From the IMG/VR virus record IMGVR_UViG_3300037067_009230, positions 12,156 to 76,155 of that record: a stretch of 64,000 nucleotides of DNA. One strand, written 5' to 3'. Within the stretch, counting starts at the first letter, position 1; each line of letters starts with the position of its first letter. The notes beneath the pieces were generated by a model. That model had not been told where the DNA came from, did no database searches, and was given only the letters and a program-made list of their open reading frames with translations. Source of the DNA: a virus. Its lineage: Duplodnaviria > Caudoviricetes. Both the position numbers and the translations under genes were made by a program. This document shows positions 1 to 9,672 of the stretch, piece after piece.

Positions 1-24
1 ACATAAAAATTAAAAATTAAAAAT

Positions 25-1170
25 TTATTTTGTTTTCAAAAAACTGGTAGCCTTTTCAACCTCAGCCTGCAAAACATTTTGACTAATATTTCCAGTACCC
101 CCGGTCGGAATAGGTCTATCACTTCTCATCAAAAGAGATTCAGTGGTCTTAGATTCTGTTTCAGATCTAACTTTAGCCACGAAGTCACCAATTGTTTTAG
201 CTTGTGCAGCAACAATAGATTTTCCAAACGTGAGATAAGCTATTTTCTCAGCAGCATCAGGGAGATACGTTCTATCCTTTGCGAATAAACTGTCATTTAA
301 TCCAGTAGTCATAGTCTGTCTGACTTGCTCAATGGCTGCCTTCTCCATTCTAGGATTATTCGCTACCATTTGAGCAATAGAAGAATCCACGGAGGCCAAA
401 AAAGATTTTTGCCTTGTTTCCGCAGCTGACCTAATATTCGTTTGCATATTAGCATACTCATCCTGATCCGCTTTGTACTTTAGTTTAGCAATGTCTTGAA
501 AACTTTCTTGTATATTTGGATCAAGCGTATCAAAGGTTTCTTTTGTAAAGTCCTTTTGTGTATAATGATTTATTAAACTCAAAGCATCATGTGATTCAAA
601 AGGTTTATCAAAATCAATAATAGATTTTTGAGTAAGCTTTTGAATTATAGGCATATGATCCTGACCCTGTAAAGCAGCAGACAAAATCAAAGAAACATCT
701 TTTGGAAGATTGTTGATACTATCTGTATAAGTATCTACTAATTTCTGCAATTTATCAACAGAAGCAGCCTTTTCCTGAACTACTTTATAGTTAGTTATAA
801 GACCCACAAAATCTTGTACATCCTTTAATTCTGCTCCAATAGTATCTTTAGCAAAAGCAGCTACATCAGCAAAAGATGATAATTTAATCTGATCAACTGG
901 GGTACCACCATATACCTGATCCCCTAAAGGTGTCTTAACAACAATAGGATTTACAACAGGCTTAGATATATTTTGGATATTCGGGTCTATAACTCCTTTA
1001 TTAGGTTGCAAAATAGGGGCAACTGGCTCAATAACAGGAGCAGAAGCAGAAGGAGTTCCTACTGAAGTACTATTTTCGGTATTATTAGTCACCACAGCTT
1101 GCAATTTATTATCCGGTACTAAACCCGCAGCAGCGGATATCATACTCTCATCTGAAGAATTTCTTGGCAT
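25..1170 (-). CDS. Putative capsid-assembly/scaffold-like protein downstream of portal
   Basis: 381-aa ORF with a low-complexity Pro/Val-rich N-terminus and helical body. Its position after the portal resembles the pre-MCP gene of crAss-like phages (positional inference). Confidence 0.4.
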   Translation of the reverse strand: MPRNSSDESMISAAAGLVPDNKLQAVVTNNTENSTSVGTPSASAPVIEPVAPILQPNKGVIDPNIQNISKPVVNPIVVKTPLGDQVYGGTPVDQIKLSSFADVAAFAKDTIGAELKDVQDFVGLITNYKVVQEKAASVDKLQKLVDTYTDSINNLPKDVSLILSAALQGQDHMPIIQKLTQKSIIDFDKPFESHDALSLINHYTQKDFTKETFDTLDPNIQESFQDIAKLKYKADQDEYANMQTNIRSAAETRQKSFLASVDSSIAQMVANNPRMEKAAIEQVRQTMTTGLNDSLFAKDRTYLPDAAEKIAYLTFGKSIVAAQAKTIGDFVAKVRSETESKTTESLLMRSDRPIPTGGTGNISQNVLQAEVEKATSFLKTK

Positions 1171-1230
1171 AACTTTAATTTTTAATTTTTATTTTTTGGC
1201 TTATTACCATAATTAATTTACTACCAACTA

Positions 1231-1238
1231 CAAAGTTA
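1231..1238 (-). promoter_or_regulatory. Bacteroidota sigma70-type -7 box (TAACTTTG)
   Basis: Matches TAnnTTTG, intergenic, upstream of 25..1170. Confidence 0.6.
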
Positions 1239-1267
1239 TATAATAATTTATACGACTTTAAAAATTT

Positions 1268-3460
1268 TTATCCTTTTTTAGCATTAATAGCTGCCATTTT
1301 TACAGATCGGTCAGCATCTTGATTTAATTGATCCCTGACTTTATCCCTGACATTCTCATCATAAACAACCCTACCGGCCTGTTCCTGAACATTCTGTTGT
1401 TGAGAGGTAATAGCAGCCTGTCGCTGTTCAGCCATACGTTTTTGAACAGCCATACGTTTTTGAAATTCCCTCATCTCAAGTAAAGCTTCTTCCATAGTAG
1501 CTCTACCATAAAGTTTAGAAACAGTAGGTTGATCCAATAAACCAAATTGTAAGAATGACATCAAAGTACTATCAACAGACAAACGTTCATTAGCACTATC
1601 AATACTACGAACTAATGTAACACGCATAGATTCATTACGCATATCCTTAGATAGTTTAAGAATATTAGCTGAATCCTCCCCAACTGCATCCATTAGTTCT
1701 ACATCATTATCTATGTAATAACGTTTTCCCGAAGTGGCTATACTTTGATAACAACCCCTATATACGTCCATTATAGCTTTATAAAAAGGTTCCTGAATTA
1801 TAGACCCCCGCTGTATCATTAACTGCATGACACCTACAAGTTGGTCAGGATTATTAGATTCCCCCTTCACACCCTCATTAACTCCTGTCACTTGTTCTAT
1901 GCCCATCTTGAAACTATCAATCAAATTAGAAAAAGCAACAATAGATTCCTTTGGTGTAGAATCATAACGGCCAAATATATTCTGAACTCCCCTACCCTTA
2001 GCATTTACGCCTATGGCTTCACCTCGTGCGATTTTAGACCTTATCTCATCCTCAGGAGTGCCAGATATCAAGTCATTATCATAAACAACACCAGCCCCTC
2101 CGGAATTATTAATTTGGTTCTCCATAACAGATAAAAACCTATTTATCATTCTTTGAGGATTAATGACAACATCCACAGGTGATAAAACTATCCCGTTTAA
2201 ATATGACCAAGTACCCACTTTATAAGGCGGAAGCATATTAGTAGGGCGATATAAATCAGGCTCTTGATATGGAAGCATACCACATTCAAGAACTATATCT
2301 TTCGCTGATCTATCATTAGGGTTAGCAGTAACAATTTCAAGAGGAATAAAATTACAATATCTCCAAAGATCTACATATAGATGTGCTGTATCAGATCCCT
2401 TAACTACTTTTCGTTGATATGAGGTAAGATCTTTATAAGGCACAACATCCTTCATAGTATACTTAGGATCAGTCTCCCCATCTTCTATGTAATTTATTCT
2501 TTGTAATATCCTTTGACCAAATTGATCATGTACATAACCAAATGTATCAACTACTAAATCGCGCCATACAGCATAATATACCGGTATCTTACCAGAAATA
2601 GCTAAATCAATTGGAGCATTATATGGATGAGATGAACGATTAGATACAAAAGTTTCAATACGTTTTCTATCATCTATTGAAATATTCTGATAAGATTCAA
2701 ATAATGTAGAAACTGATAAATAATCGCCCTCAAAAAAATATTCTGCATCCAGTAAACAGGGATCAGTAGCAGATCTATCCCAGCCAAATTTATCCGGTAG
2801 TATATGCTGAAACAACCATTCCCCGTTATAAGGGTAAGGCTTCTGAATAGCAATTCCAGCTAATGCCATATCACGAGCTAAAATACCTCTATATGAATCT
2901 AAATTATTTATATTTTTTGAATACCGTAATAAACGATTTATAGAAATTATATTTTTATCTGAATATAGATTTGAATACTTATCCTCTACATCTACTGAAT
3001 CACCAACGGGCATATTATTAGCCTGCATGTAATCCCTAAAACCTGTCATATCCTTAGCAACGTCATTGTATAAAAGCAATTTAGCTAATCCTCCCTCTCT
3101 ACGGCTACGAGCCATAGGAGATAGATTAGCTACCTTCATATCAAATGTCATCCTCTCAGCATTCCCCCGATATTGCTCAACCATAGGTTGAATATAATTC
3201 CTTGTAACCTTTAGTCTATTTCTATCCTGACCACTCTCATCCTTAAAAAAAGCCTCAGTATCCTCAGACAGTATCCATTGTTTGTTCATATAGAACTGAG
3301 CATTAATTCTATAATTATTAACATACTCTCTATGAAGTTGATTATAACCTGAACTAATTACCCATCTGGCATATTTAACATGGTAATCTTCGTTCTTATC
3401 TACCTCAGCAGTTTCTACCCGATTCGGTTTATTTGGATTACCTGTAACAATAAATTCCAT
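1268..3460 (-). CDS. Portal protein
   Basis: 730 aa, near TerL. Has N-terminal 'NAQFYMNKQW', 'NYIQPMVEQYRG', the 'EQVTGVNEGVKGE' stem motif and a Gln-rich coiled-coil C-terminus typical of P22/crAss-like portals. Confidence 0.8.
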   Translation of the reverse strand: MEFIVTGNPNKPNRVETAEVDKNEDYHVKYARWVISSGYNQLHREYVNNYRINAQFYMNKQWILSEDTEAFFKDESGQDRNRLKVTRNYIQPMVEQYRGNAERMTFDMKVANLSPMARSRREGGLAKLLLYNDVAKDMTGFRDYMQANNMPVGDSVDVEDKYSNLYSDKNIISINRLLRYSKNINNLDSYRGILARDMALAGIAIQKPYPYNGEWLFQHILPDKFGWDRSATDPCLLDAEYFFEGDYLSVSTLFESYQNISIDDRKRIETFVSNRSSHPYNAPIDLAISGKIPVYYAVWRDLVVDTFGYVHDQFGQRILQRINYIEDGETDPKYTMKDVVPYKDLTSYQRKVVKGSDTAHLYVDLWRYCNFIPLEIVTANPNDRSAKDIVLECGMLPYQEPDLYRPTNMLPPYKVGTWSYLNGIVLSPVDVVINPQRMINRFLSVMENQINNSGGAGVVYDNDLISGTPEDEIRSKIARGEAIGVNAKGRGVQNIFGRYDSTPKESIVAFSNLIDSFKMGIEQVTGVNEGVKGESNNPDQLVGVMQLMIQRGSIIQEPFYKAIMDVYRGCYQSIATSGKRYYIDNDVELMDAVGEDSANILKLSKDMRNESMRVTLVRSIDSANERLSVDSTLMSFLQFGLLDQPTVSKLYGRATMEEALLEMREFQKRMAVQKRMAEQRQAAITSQQQNVQEQAGRVVYDENVRDKVRDQLNQDADRSVKMAAINAKKG

Positions 3461-3470
3461 AGTATATTAT

Positions 3471-4076
3471 TTAATCATTGTTATCTTCTTTACTCATGTG
3501 CCAATCCCTAATAGAAGAAGCACCCTCATCTCCATCTTTCTGTTTACCTGATATATCTACTATACCAAACCCCTCTTCAAGTTTAGCCAGTAATGATGGA
3601 ATCTCTTCCGCTATCTTAGCACTGGTTGTTACATATCTGGGATAGTCAATATAAGTTACTGCTTTATTCCCAGATCCTTCAGTAGCAATAAAAGCATCTG
3701 GCCCTTGTTCTATTAACTTTTCATAATGATCAAAAATAGTTTTGATCATTTTATAACCCTTATATCGGGCACCCGGATCAAACTCAGACATCTTCTTTAT
3801 AGCAACAGCCATAGAAGAATTAAATTGCAATTTTAAAATATTTTCTTTCTCCGTTTTACTTGGAGTATATGTGGACATCCTTAATGCCTCCTGTACTCTC
3901 TCATAATCATCTGGAATACCTATTACAAGAGGACTGGTAGGATTAGCATACCACCATACAAAAATTAAAGCCTTAGATAGTAAATCAGAAAACTCTGGTA
4001 CACGATCCAACTCAGGGTATCTGCTACGATAATTCTCAGCTTTTATACCTCTTGGGTCAAATAAACTAATCTTCAT
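3471..4076 (-). CDS. Hypothetical protein between TerL and portal
   Basis: 201-aa ORF overlapping the TerL stop. Confidence 0.6.
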   Translation of the reverse strand: MKISLFDPRGIKAENYRSRYPELDRVPEFSDLLSKALIFVWWYANPTSPLVIGIPDDYERVQEALRMSTYTPSKTEKENILKLQFNSSMAVAIKKMSEFDPGARYKGYKMIKTIFDHYEKLIEQGPDAFIATEGSGNKAVTYIDYPRYVTTSAKIAEEIPSLLAKLEEGFGIVDISGKQKDGDEGASSIRDWHMSKEDNND

Positions 4077-6345
4077 TGTTAAAATTTGATAAAATATCTT
4101 TTTCTTCTGTCTTAAACACCGAAACCTTAACGGGCATCCTTACCATATCCCAATCCTTTGTGCGAACTAACCTATGCCTCAAAATAGTCTTACTACTAAT
4201 TGCATCCTTGTGTACAGGTTGAAGATTTGGATGAGAAAGTCTGCATATATAAGCATAAACGATAGCATATAAAACATCATCAAAATGCATTAAACGATTT
4301 TGTGGTCCCCAGACTTCCTTACCACTCTTGGATAAATCCTGTACAAAAGTAGTTAATTGCTCAAAGATAACACTTATGTAAATACGACTGTGATAATTTC
4401 TTAATAATTCAGTCATATAATCAATTATGCCATTTGCTCTGGTGCCTTTATTGTCTATTCCTATTAACCGGGCACCACCAGTAACCTTACTTGGTAATTG
4501 TGAATTAAATACTAAAGAACTAAAATATCCTTTAGCCTCAACATAATCCATATAGTTAGTTCCAATGTTAGCCTCAACAAGATCATGAACACCTACCTTT
4601 ATTCCGGGTCTGGTATCATAATATAACCCTAATAGTAAGCTCTGTAAGAAAGTGTATTTATGATCATGCTGTTGACGAAAATTCATAACAGCTGAAATAG
4701 TTTTCTCATAATCGTCCCATATTGCAGTTGCAAATTTAGAGTGACCTGTCTCTGTTGCTATGGGGTCTGTTCCCTTCCAATACCTATTCATCCAGAGATC
4801 TTCCGGTCTGCGAAATATACAAGTAGAGGCTTTTTTAAAATCATCTTCATCATCAATAGGGATAAATTTAGCCCCTATTACTCTATAAGGGACATCACTC
4901 TCAGGGGGCATAGGATCCATCTCATCAAAAATAGGTTCAAAATAACCATAAGTAGGAGCCATAGATGAAGATAGTTTCCTGCACCTATCCAGTCCACCCT
5001 CGATAATTTCACGGGAAACAAGGGTACTGGCAGTAGTTAAGAACATATCCTTGTAATTGGAAGGATAATGCTGATGGAACTGAGTCTTGGAGGTTTCGAG
5101 ATCTATATCTTCCTTCATTGCTCTGGCACCATAGTACCAAGCTTTCTCCTTCTCATATTCCTGTTTATCAAAACGACAATGCCAACTAAAAAACAGTGGA
5201 ACAAAACCGTTGGAGAAATTCTTAGATTCCCATAAACCTAAGATACGATACCACTCTTTTTCATACTCCCCCTTGCCCTTATCGAGTTTCCCACCCGTCC
5301 CCCACATCCAAATTTGCCTCTTCAATTCAAACTTTCCGGTCTTTGGATTATTCCAAAACAGGGTAGGACGAGCCTCGTTTAACATGGCTCCTAAGATACC
5401 AATATTCCCTATCTCATCTATAAGAGCAAGCTGAGGTGAACCACCATTAATAGCTGTTGGTTTAGGGGCTATGACATCTATCCTGCTATTAGGATAACCC
5501 TTTTCTCCTTTCTGTGATTTATCAGACAACCAAAAACGACTTCCAGAATCTGATTTAACTTTTGGCATCATCCATTTTGGGAGGCCTCCAAAAGGATATT
5601 TTATCTTATCATTGAAGATTTCTTCTCCGGTATCCTTATCCTCAGTTACAAATTTTATGTAATAGTTTGATTGAAGTATAAGTTTCTTTATGCCTAAAAG
5701 ACCCATGATAGAGGTAAATCCTATCTGACGTCCTTTACCACCGATCACATTATACCCACAATCAAACAAATAACAAATAACTGCATGATGTTCACGAGCC
5801 TGATACTTGACAAAACCTGAAGAGATATCACCCTCTTTTAACTCCCCATATCGGTTAACAAAATATAAACTATTCTCATCACAACGATTATATTCTCGTA
5901 TCTTAAAACCTCTTTTAGCATCATCAGTATGATATGAAGTTATATTATCATCTTCAGATAACCACCTAAATGCTTGAACTTTATATAAAGTAAATTTTTT
6001 ATATTCTGCTTTGTTTGGAAAATATCCATATAGCATAGAATTAATCCATGCTACAAATTCCGGACTATGCTCTAAAACACTTTCCGGCATCCAGTCAGAT
6101 TTGGTAATATCCTCTTTGTATCTGTAATATAGAGAACTCTCTGAGAAAGGATTCATCATAGTTTCCCATGATTCATCTATACGGGCGGCTAACTCTTCAT
6201 CAGGTCTTGTTCCACGTTTACCGGTACGAATATAACCTTCTCGTTTTAATTCCTCAATTTTATCAGGCTGTAAAATGCCCTTCTCATATTGAGTCATTAA
6301 GTATTTCAAATACTTCTTTCGTGCTGCGGCTTCGGTTAATGGCAT
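4066..6345 (-). CDS. terL: Terminase large subunit
   Basis: Walker A-like GKGRQIGFT, Walker B LIDEIG, coupling motif GTGG, and RNase H-like nuclease motifs GTDP and HFDDVLYA. Confidence 0.9.
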   Translation of the reverse strand: MPLTEAAARKKYLKYLMTQYEKGILQPDKIEELKREGYIRTGKRGTRPDEELAARIDESWETMMNPFSESSLYYRYKEDITKSDWMPESVLEHSPEFVAWINSMLYGYFPNKAEYKKFTLYKVQAFRWLSEDDNITSYHTDDAKRGFKIREYNRCDENSLYFVNRYGELKEGDISSGFVKYQAREHHAVICYLFDCGYNVIGGKGRQIGFTSIMGLLGIKKLILQSNYYIKFVTEDKDTGEEIFNDKIKYPFGGLPKWMMPKVKSDSGSRFWLSDKSQKGEKGYPNSRIDVIAPKPTAINGGSPQLALIDEIGNIGILGAMLNEARPTLFWNNPKTGKFELKRQIWMWGTGGKLDKGKGEYEKEWYRILGLWESKNFSNGFVPLFFSWHCRFDKQEYEKEKAWYYGARAMKEDIDLETSKTQFHQHYPSNYKDMFLTTASTLVSREIIEGGLDRCRKLSSSMAPTYGYFEPIFDEMDPMPPESDVPYRVIGAKFIPIDDEDDFKKASTCIFRRPEDLWMNRYWKGTDPIATETGHSKFATAIWDDYEKTISAVMNFRQQHDHKYTFLQSLLLGLYYDTRPGIKVGVHDLVEANIGTNYMDYVEAKGYFSSLVFNSQLPSKVTGGARLIGIDNKGTRANGIIDYMTELLRNYHSRIYISVIFEQLTTFVQDLSKSGKEVWGPQNRLMHFDDVLYAIVYAYICRLSHPNLQPVHKDAISSKTILRHRLVRTKDWDMVRMPVKVSVFKTEEKDILSNFNNED

Positions 6346-6662
6346 AATACTGAATTTTCTATGTTTAAAACACCAGTACCGTCATCACAGAAGTACCCGT
6401 CATCCCCATAAACTGAGAAATATCCATCAAATGATCCGAAATGAATACCACGATATAATCTATATTCCGGCATTCCTTTTACTGGATTCCAGAATATATG
6501 GATAGAATTTCCTTTATGTCCTGCATAAACCTGTAAGGTATTTACATAGGATTCCTCTCCAGTTGGGTTAACCTCAACCAGAGAATAGAAATACATACCC
6601 TTAGGCAGATCACCATCATCATTCACACGAACCTCTTGAGCATCTATTACTGGACTGATCAT
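6336..6662 (-). CDS. Small fibronectin-III/Ig-like protein
   Basis: Pattern YFYSL...IFWNPVKGMPEYRLYRG...DGYFCDDG. Confidence 0.5.
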   Translation of the reverse strand: MISPVIDAQEVRVNDDGDLPKGMYFYSLVEVNPTGEESYVNTLQVYAGHKGNSIHIFWNPVKGMPEYRLYRGIHFGSFDGYFSVYGDDGYFCDDGTGVLNIENSVLCH

Positions 6663-6700
6663 AAATAAATTAAAACCTTTATCCCTGTTAAATAACTTTA

Positions 6701-6708
6701 CAAAGGTA
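6701..6708 (-). promoter_or_regulatory. -7 box (TACCTTTG) for the packaging operon
   Basis: TAnnTTTG in the intergenic gap upstream of 6336..6662. Confidence 0.6.
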
Positions 6709-6727
6709 ATAATTTATTTATAATAAT

Positions 6728-7003
6728 CTAAATATTATTTCTTAAGTAGTATTTTTTCTTCAGAATATACACCATATCCTGTATTTGCTGAATCTTGTCA
6801 CTAAGTTCTTTTAATTTATCCTCGGTAACTGCCAGAGCCCTAAAATTAGTGGGATGGGCAGTGATATATACCAGCATCTCCGGTAAAGTGGATAGTTCAT
6901 TTATACCTACATCTACAGGATCTTCATTACCAATTGCCATATCAGCAATCTGATTTAGCAGGTAAAGAGGATCAGTATTCTTATCAATTGGATGCCTACC
7001 CAT
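6728..7003 (-). CDS. Hypothetical protein
   Basis: 91-aa ORF coupled to the upstream ORF. Confidence 0.55.
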   Translation of the reverse strand: MGRHPIDKNTDPLYLLNQIADMAIGNEDPVDVGINELSTLPEMLVYITAHPTNFRALAVTEDKLKELSDKIQQIQDMVYILKKKYYLRNNI

Positions 7004-7394
7004 TTAAGTCTTTAAAAAAGGGTTCCAGATTCTTATCATAAGCCCTGCCAGCATCTCTGGCACGTTTAGCTATCATAACATCACGCATCTGAGGTTTAAA
7101 AGTTCTTTCCAGTTTATGAACCAAAGAAGCTGATTCGGTAATGGAAGAATTATCAATTACGGGAACTTCCAAAGGGGTCTTTTTTATTTCCATATTTACA
7201 GGATTCTGTAAAGACTCCATCGGTTTTAATTCAATAGGCTTAACCTCTACCATCTTTGATTGAATAGCCATACGTATTAAATCTCGTATGATAGCTGCTA
7301 CTGAAGGAAATTGCTCAGTCTGCATCCCCTCTAATTTAGCATAATCATCCCTATCAACCATAACATGCATTAACTTAAAATTATTTTTTAACAT
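6996..7394 (-). CDS. Putative ribbon-helix-helix DNA-binding protein
   Basis: N-terminal LMHVMVD-RDDYAKLE...SVAAIIRDLIRMAI fits the beta-alpha-alpha RHH pattern. Confidence 0.5.
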   Translation of the reverse strand: MLKNNFKLMHVMVDRDDYAKLEGMQTEQFPSVAAIIRDLIRMAIQSKMVEVKPIELKPMESLQNPVNMEIKKTPLEVPVIDNSSITESASLVHKLERTFKPQMRDVMIAKRARDAGRAYDKNLEPFFKDLNG

Positions 7395-7521
7395 AATGTA
7401 ATTTATTAGATTATTAATATATTAATCATATTTAGTTTATACTATCTATATACAATATATATACCTTATATATACTAACCTTATACTATCTATATACTTT
7501 ATATATACAATCTTTATACAA

Positions 7522-7553
7522 CAAATATACAACCTTTATACTTTACATCCAAA
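7522..7553 (-). promoter_or_regulatory. Bacteroidota promoter TTTG-N20-TATATTTG
   Basis: Both boxes with consensus spacing, upstream of 6996..7394. Confidence 0.65.
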
Positions 7554-7721
7554 TAAATTGTAATTTTTTTAAAATCTCCCCAATGGTCAAGTGATCAATG
7601 GTCAATATACATATTTAATAATACACGCGCATAAATAGGTTATTTATATAATTCTTATATAAATTATATAAATATAGAAAAATTTAAAAAATAAAATTAA
7701 TAAAAAATAAAGTGCAAAATA

Positions 7722-7751
7722 TTTGCATATTTAAAAAATGTAGTATCTTTG
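7722..7751 (+). promoter_or_regulatory. Bacteroidota promoter TTTG-N18-TATCTTTG
   Basis: Both boxes, divergent from the 7522 promoter, upstream of 7786. Confidence 0.7.
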
Positions 7752-7785
7752 CATAAGATCTTAATTTACCATTAAAAAATTCATT

Positions 7786-8472
7786 ATGATAAGTAGAGAA
7801 ATTAAAATGATCATGGAAACTATTGGCCAACTTGATAACATATCCAAGGGGCTTGATATAAATAAAGAAGCTGTTAGTAAACATTCTTCCACGTTAACGG
7901 AGGTTAGGAATAAGTTATCAAAATATACTGAGCAGTATAATAACGCTGAGTATATGAAAACACTTTCTCCACCTGAACAGCAAAACCTGATGAAGAATGC
8001 CAGAGCTTTATATGAAGTTCATGAGAAACTTGTAAAGGAACTTGATTATCTTGATATGAGTAAGCAACCACCCTTTATAGTTAAAGCTATCTCAGCTCTG
8101 GATAAAGCATATCTATTCTCTCAGTACCTGTATGAAGAAGTCCTTAAACCTTGTGGAGATATTGTAATTCCTCATTTTACTTGTATTCAAGTGAAGTATA
8201 TTGATAAAGCATCTTACAAGCAGTTAGTACTATCCATAACCACAGAGTTAGAAACCTTTGCCAATGATCTTTACAATAGTCATATTCCTACAACTATAGA
8301 AACTGGTCTCCATGTAACTACAATTTACACTCATCTCATTGAATCGTATATGTGGTTCAAGAAAGAGAATGAGAGATTAAGTATAGAAGCCTTACCAGAG
8401 ATCAATAAGATTGATATACCAGAGGAAAGTGTACTTGAAGTACCTACACAACCGGAAGAAGTTAAACCCTAA
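7786..8472 (+). CDS. Hypothetical protein
   Basis: 228-aa ORF with a promoter upstream and a hairpin downstream. Confidence 0.7.
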   Translation: MISREIKMIMETIGQLDNISKGLDINKEAVSKHSSTLTEVRNKLSKYTEQYNNAEYMKTLSPPEQQNLMKNARALYEVHEKLVKELDYLDMSKQPPFIVKAISALDKAYLFSQYLYEEVLKPCGDIVIPHFTCIQVKYIDKASYKQLVLSITTELETFANDLYNSHIPTTIETGLHVTTIYTHLIESYMWFKKENERLSIEALPEINKIDIPEESVLEVPTQPEEVKP

Positions 8473-8482
8473 CAGTATTAAT

Positions 8483-8570
8483 AAAACAAGGCTCCCGTTA
8501 TTTTGAGAGCCTTGCATTCACCAGTAAAAGTAGAAAAATCAACGAAGCAGGAAGGAAATAAGAGAAATTA
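8483..8570 (-). ncRNA. Candidate ~90-nt pyrimidine-rich small RNA
   Basis: Minus-strand promoter TTTG(8606-8603)-N18-TATATTTG(8584-8577), then a minus-strand intrinsic terminator, with no ORF between. Confidence 0.35.
8487..8514. terminator. Stem-loop CAAGGCTCCC-N8-GAGAGCCTTG; T-tract on the minus strand
   Basis: 10-bp imperfect stem followed by TTTTATT on the minus strand. Confidence 0.6.
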
Positions 8571-8631
8571 CATCTACAAATATAAATTAATTTTTAATTA
8601 TCCAAATAAAAAATTATAAAAAACTTAAAAT

Positions 8632-9111
8632 ATGTCAAATTTTACTACCAAAGATTCTAAAGAACATAAAACATTTTCCACAGGAATGCAAAGAGACACT
8701 GATTCTGATAAACCCAGATTTGATCTTATTACACCGGAACAGATCCCTTATAGTGAACAGATGCTCACCAGATGGGCCAGCCGTATGACCATGGGAGCAA
8801 AGAAATATGATCAACGTAACTGGGAGAAAGCAGAGACTACTGAGGAACTAAACCGCTTCATTAACTCTGCATTTCGTCATTTCATGCAGTGGCTTTGTGG
8901 AGAAGTAGATGAGGACCATGCATCAGCTGTATTCTTTAATATTCAGGGAGCTGAATATGTGAAGTATAAATTATCCCATAATAAACATCTTATCACAACT
9001 GATGAAGATGATGTATGCTTTACTTGTGTAAGAAATAAAATTACCGCTCTAAGTGATAAAGAGATTGAAGAAGTCCAATTATGTAAATCTTGTGTACACG
9101 ATAAGAAATAG
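8632..9111 (+). CDS. dATP/dGTP diphosphohydrolase-domain protein (DUF5664-like)
   Basis: GMQRD..DKPRFDLI, GAKKYDQRNWEK, SAFRHF..W..GEVDEDH motifs. Confidence 0.8.
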   Translation: MSNFTTKDSKEHKTFSTGMQRDTDSDKPRFDLITPEQIPYSEQMLTRWASRMTMGAKKYDQRNWEKAETTEELNRFINSAFRHFMQWLCGEVDEDHASAVFFNIQGAEYVKYKLSHNKHLITTDEDDVCFTCVRNKITALSDKEIEEVQLCKSCVHDKK

Positions 9112-9128
9112 AACTAATAACGATAATC

Positions 9129-9296
9129 ATGGATGAATTAGATGAGGTAAACGATAAAATAAGAAAATTTAAAAATCTTGAAAGAGTGCAAGCGTGGGGA
9201 AAACGTAATCCAGAAAAAGTCAAAGCGTATAGGGATAAATGGAACAAAGAAAAAAGACGAGAGTATCAAAGAGCTTATAGAGTAAAGAACAAGTAA
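9129..9296 (+). CDS. Small basic hypothetical protein (55 aa, not in ORF track)
   Basis: Translated by hand: MDELDEV...NPEKVKAYRDKWNKEKRREYQRAYRVKNK. Fills the gap between flanking genes. Confidence 0.5.
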   Translation: MDELDEVNDKIRKFKNLERVQAWGKRNPEKVKAYRDKWNKEKRREYQRAYRVKNK

Positions 9297-9298
9297 GT

Positions 9299-9496
9299 AT
9301 GGAACATTATAAATTAGTATTCATTGATGAGCAGGGGAATGAAGAGTCTACTCAAATTGAGTCAGATGACCTTCGTTATCTCACATCAGAGGCTAGGGAT
9401 CTTCAGAGAATCCTCCCTAAAGAGCGGAAGGATGATCATTGCTATTATGCTGTTTTTGATGGTATAACATTGATATATTCAGCTTATGGCTATTAA
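9299..9496 (+). CDS. Hypothetical protein
   Basis: 65-aa ORF in a tightly packed operon. Confidence 0.55.
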   Translation: MEHYKLVFIDEQGNEESTQIESDDLRYLTSEARDLQRILPKERKDDHCYYAVFDGITLIYSAYGY

Positions 9497-9671
9497 TGAA
9501 GTTTACGTTCTTACAGAGGAGGAATTAAAGCGATTACTTGCATCACAGAGGGCTATTTGTAGTGATAATTATATCAATGGCTATGATGTAATAACAGCAC
9601 CGGAACCGGAGTTACCAAAGAAATTAAGTGAGTGGGATATGATGCAGAAAATTTTTAATAAAAAATATTAA
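9486..9671 (+). CDS. Hypothetical protein
   Basis: 61-aa ORF overlapping the previous stop. Confidence 0.55.
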   Translation: MAINEVYVLTEEELKRLLASQRAICSDNYINGYDVITAPEPELPKKLSEWDMMQKIFNKKY

Positions 9672-9672
9672 G

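Noticed and set aside
3471-7003. Calling 3471..4076 or 6728..7003 the small terminase
   Set aside because: Position is suggestive but no recognisable TerS motif.
8632-9111. Z-base (diaminopurine) genome
   Set aside because: No PurZ-like gene in the window; DUF5664 alone is insufficient.
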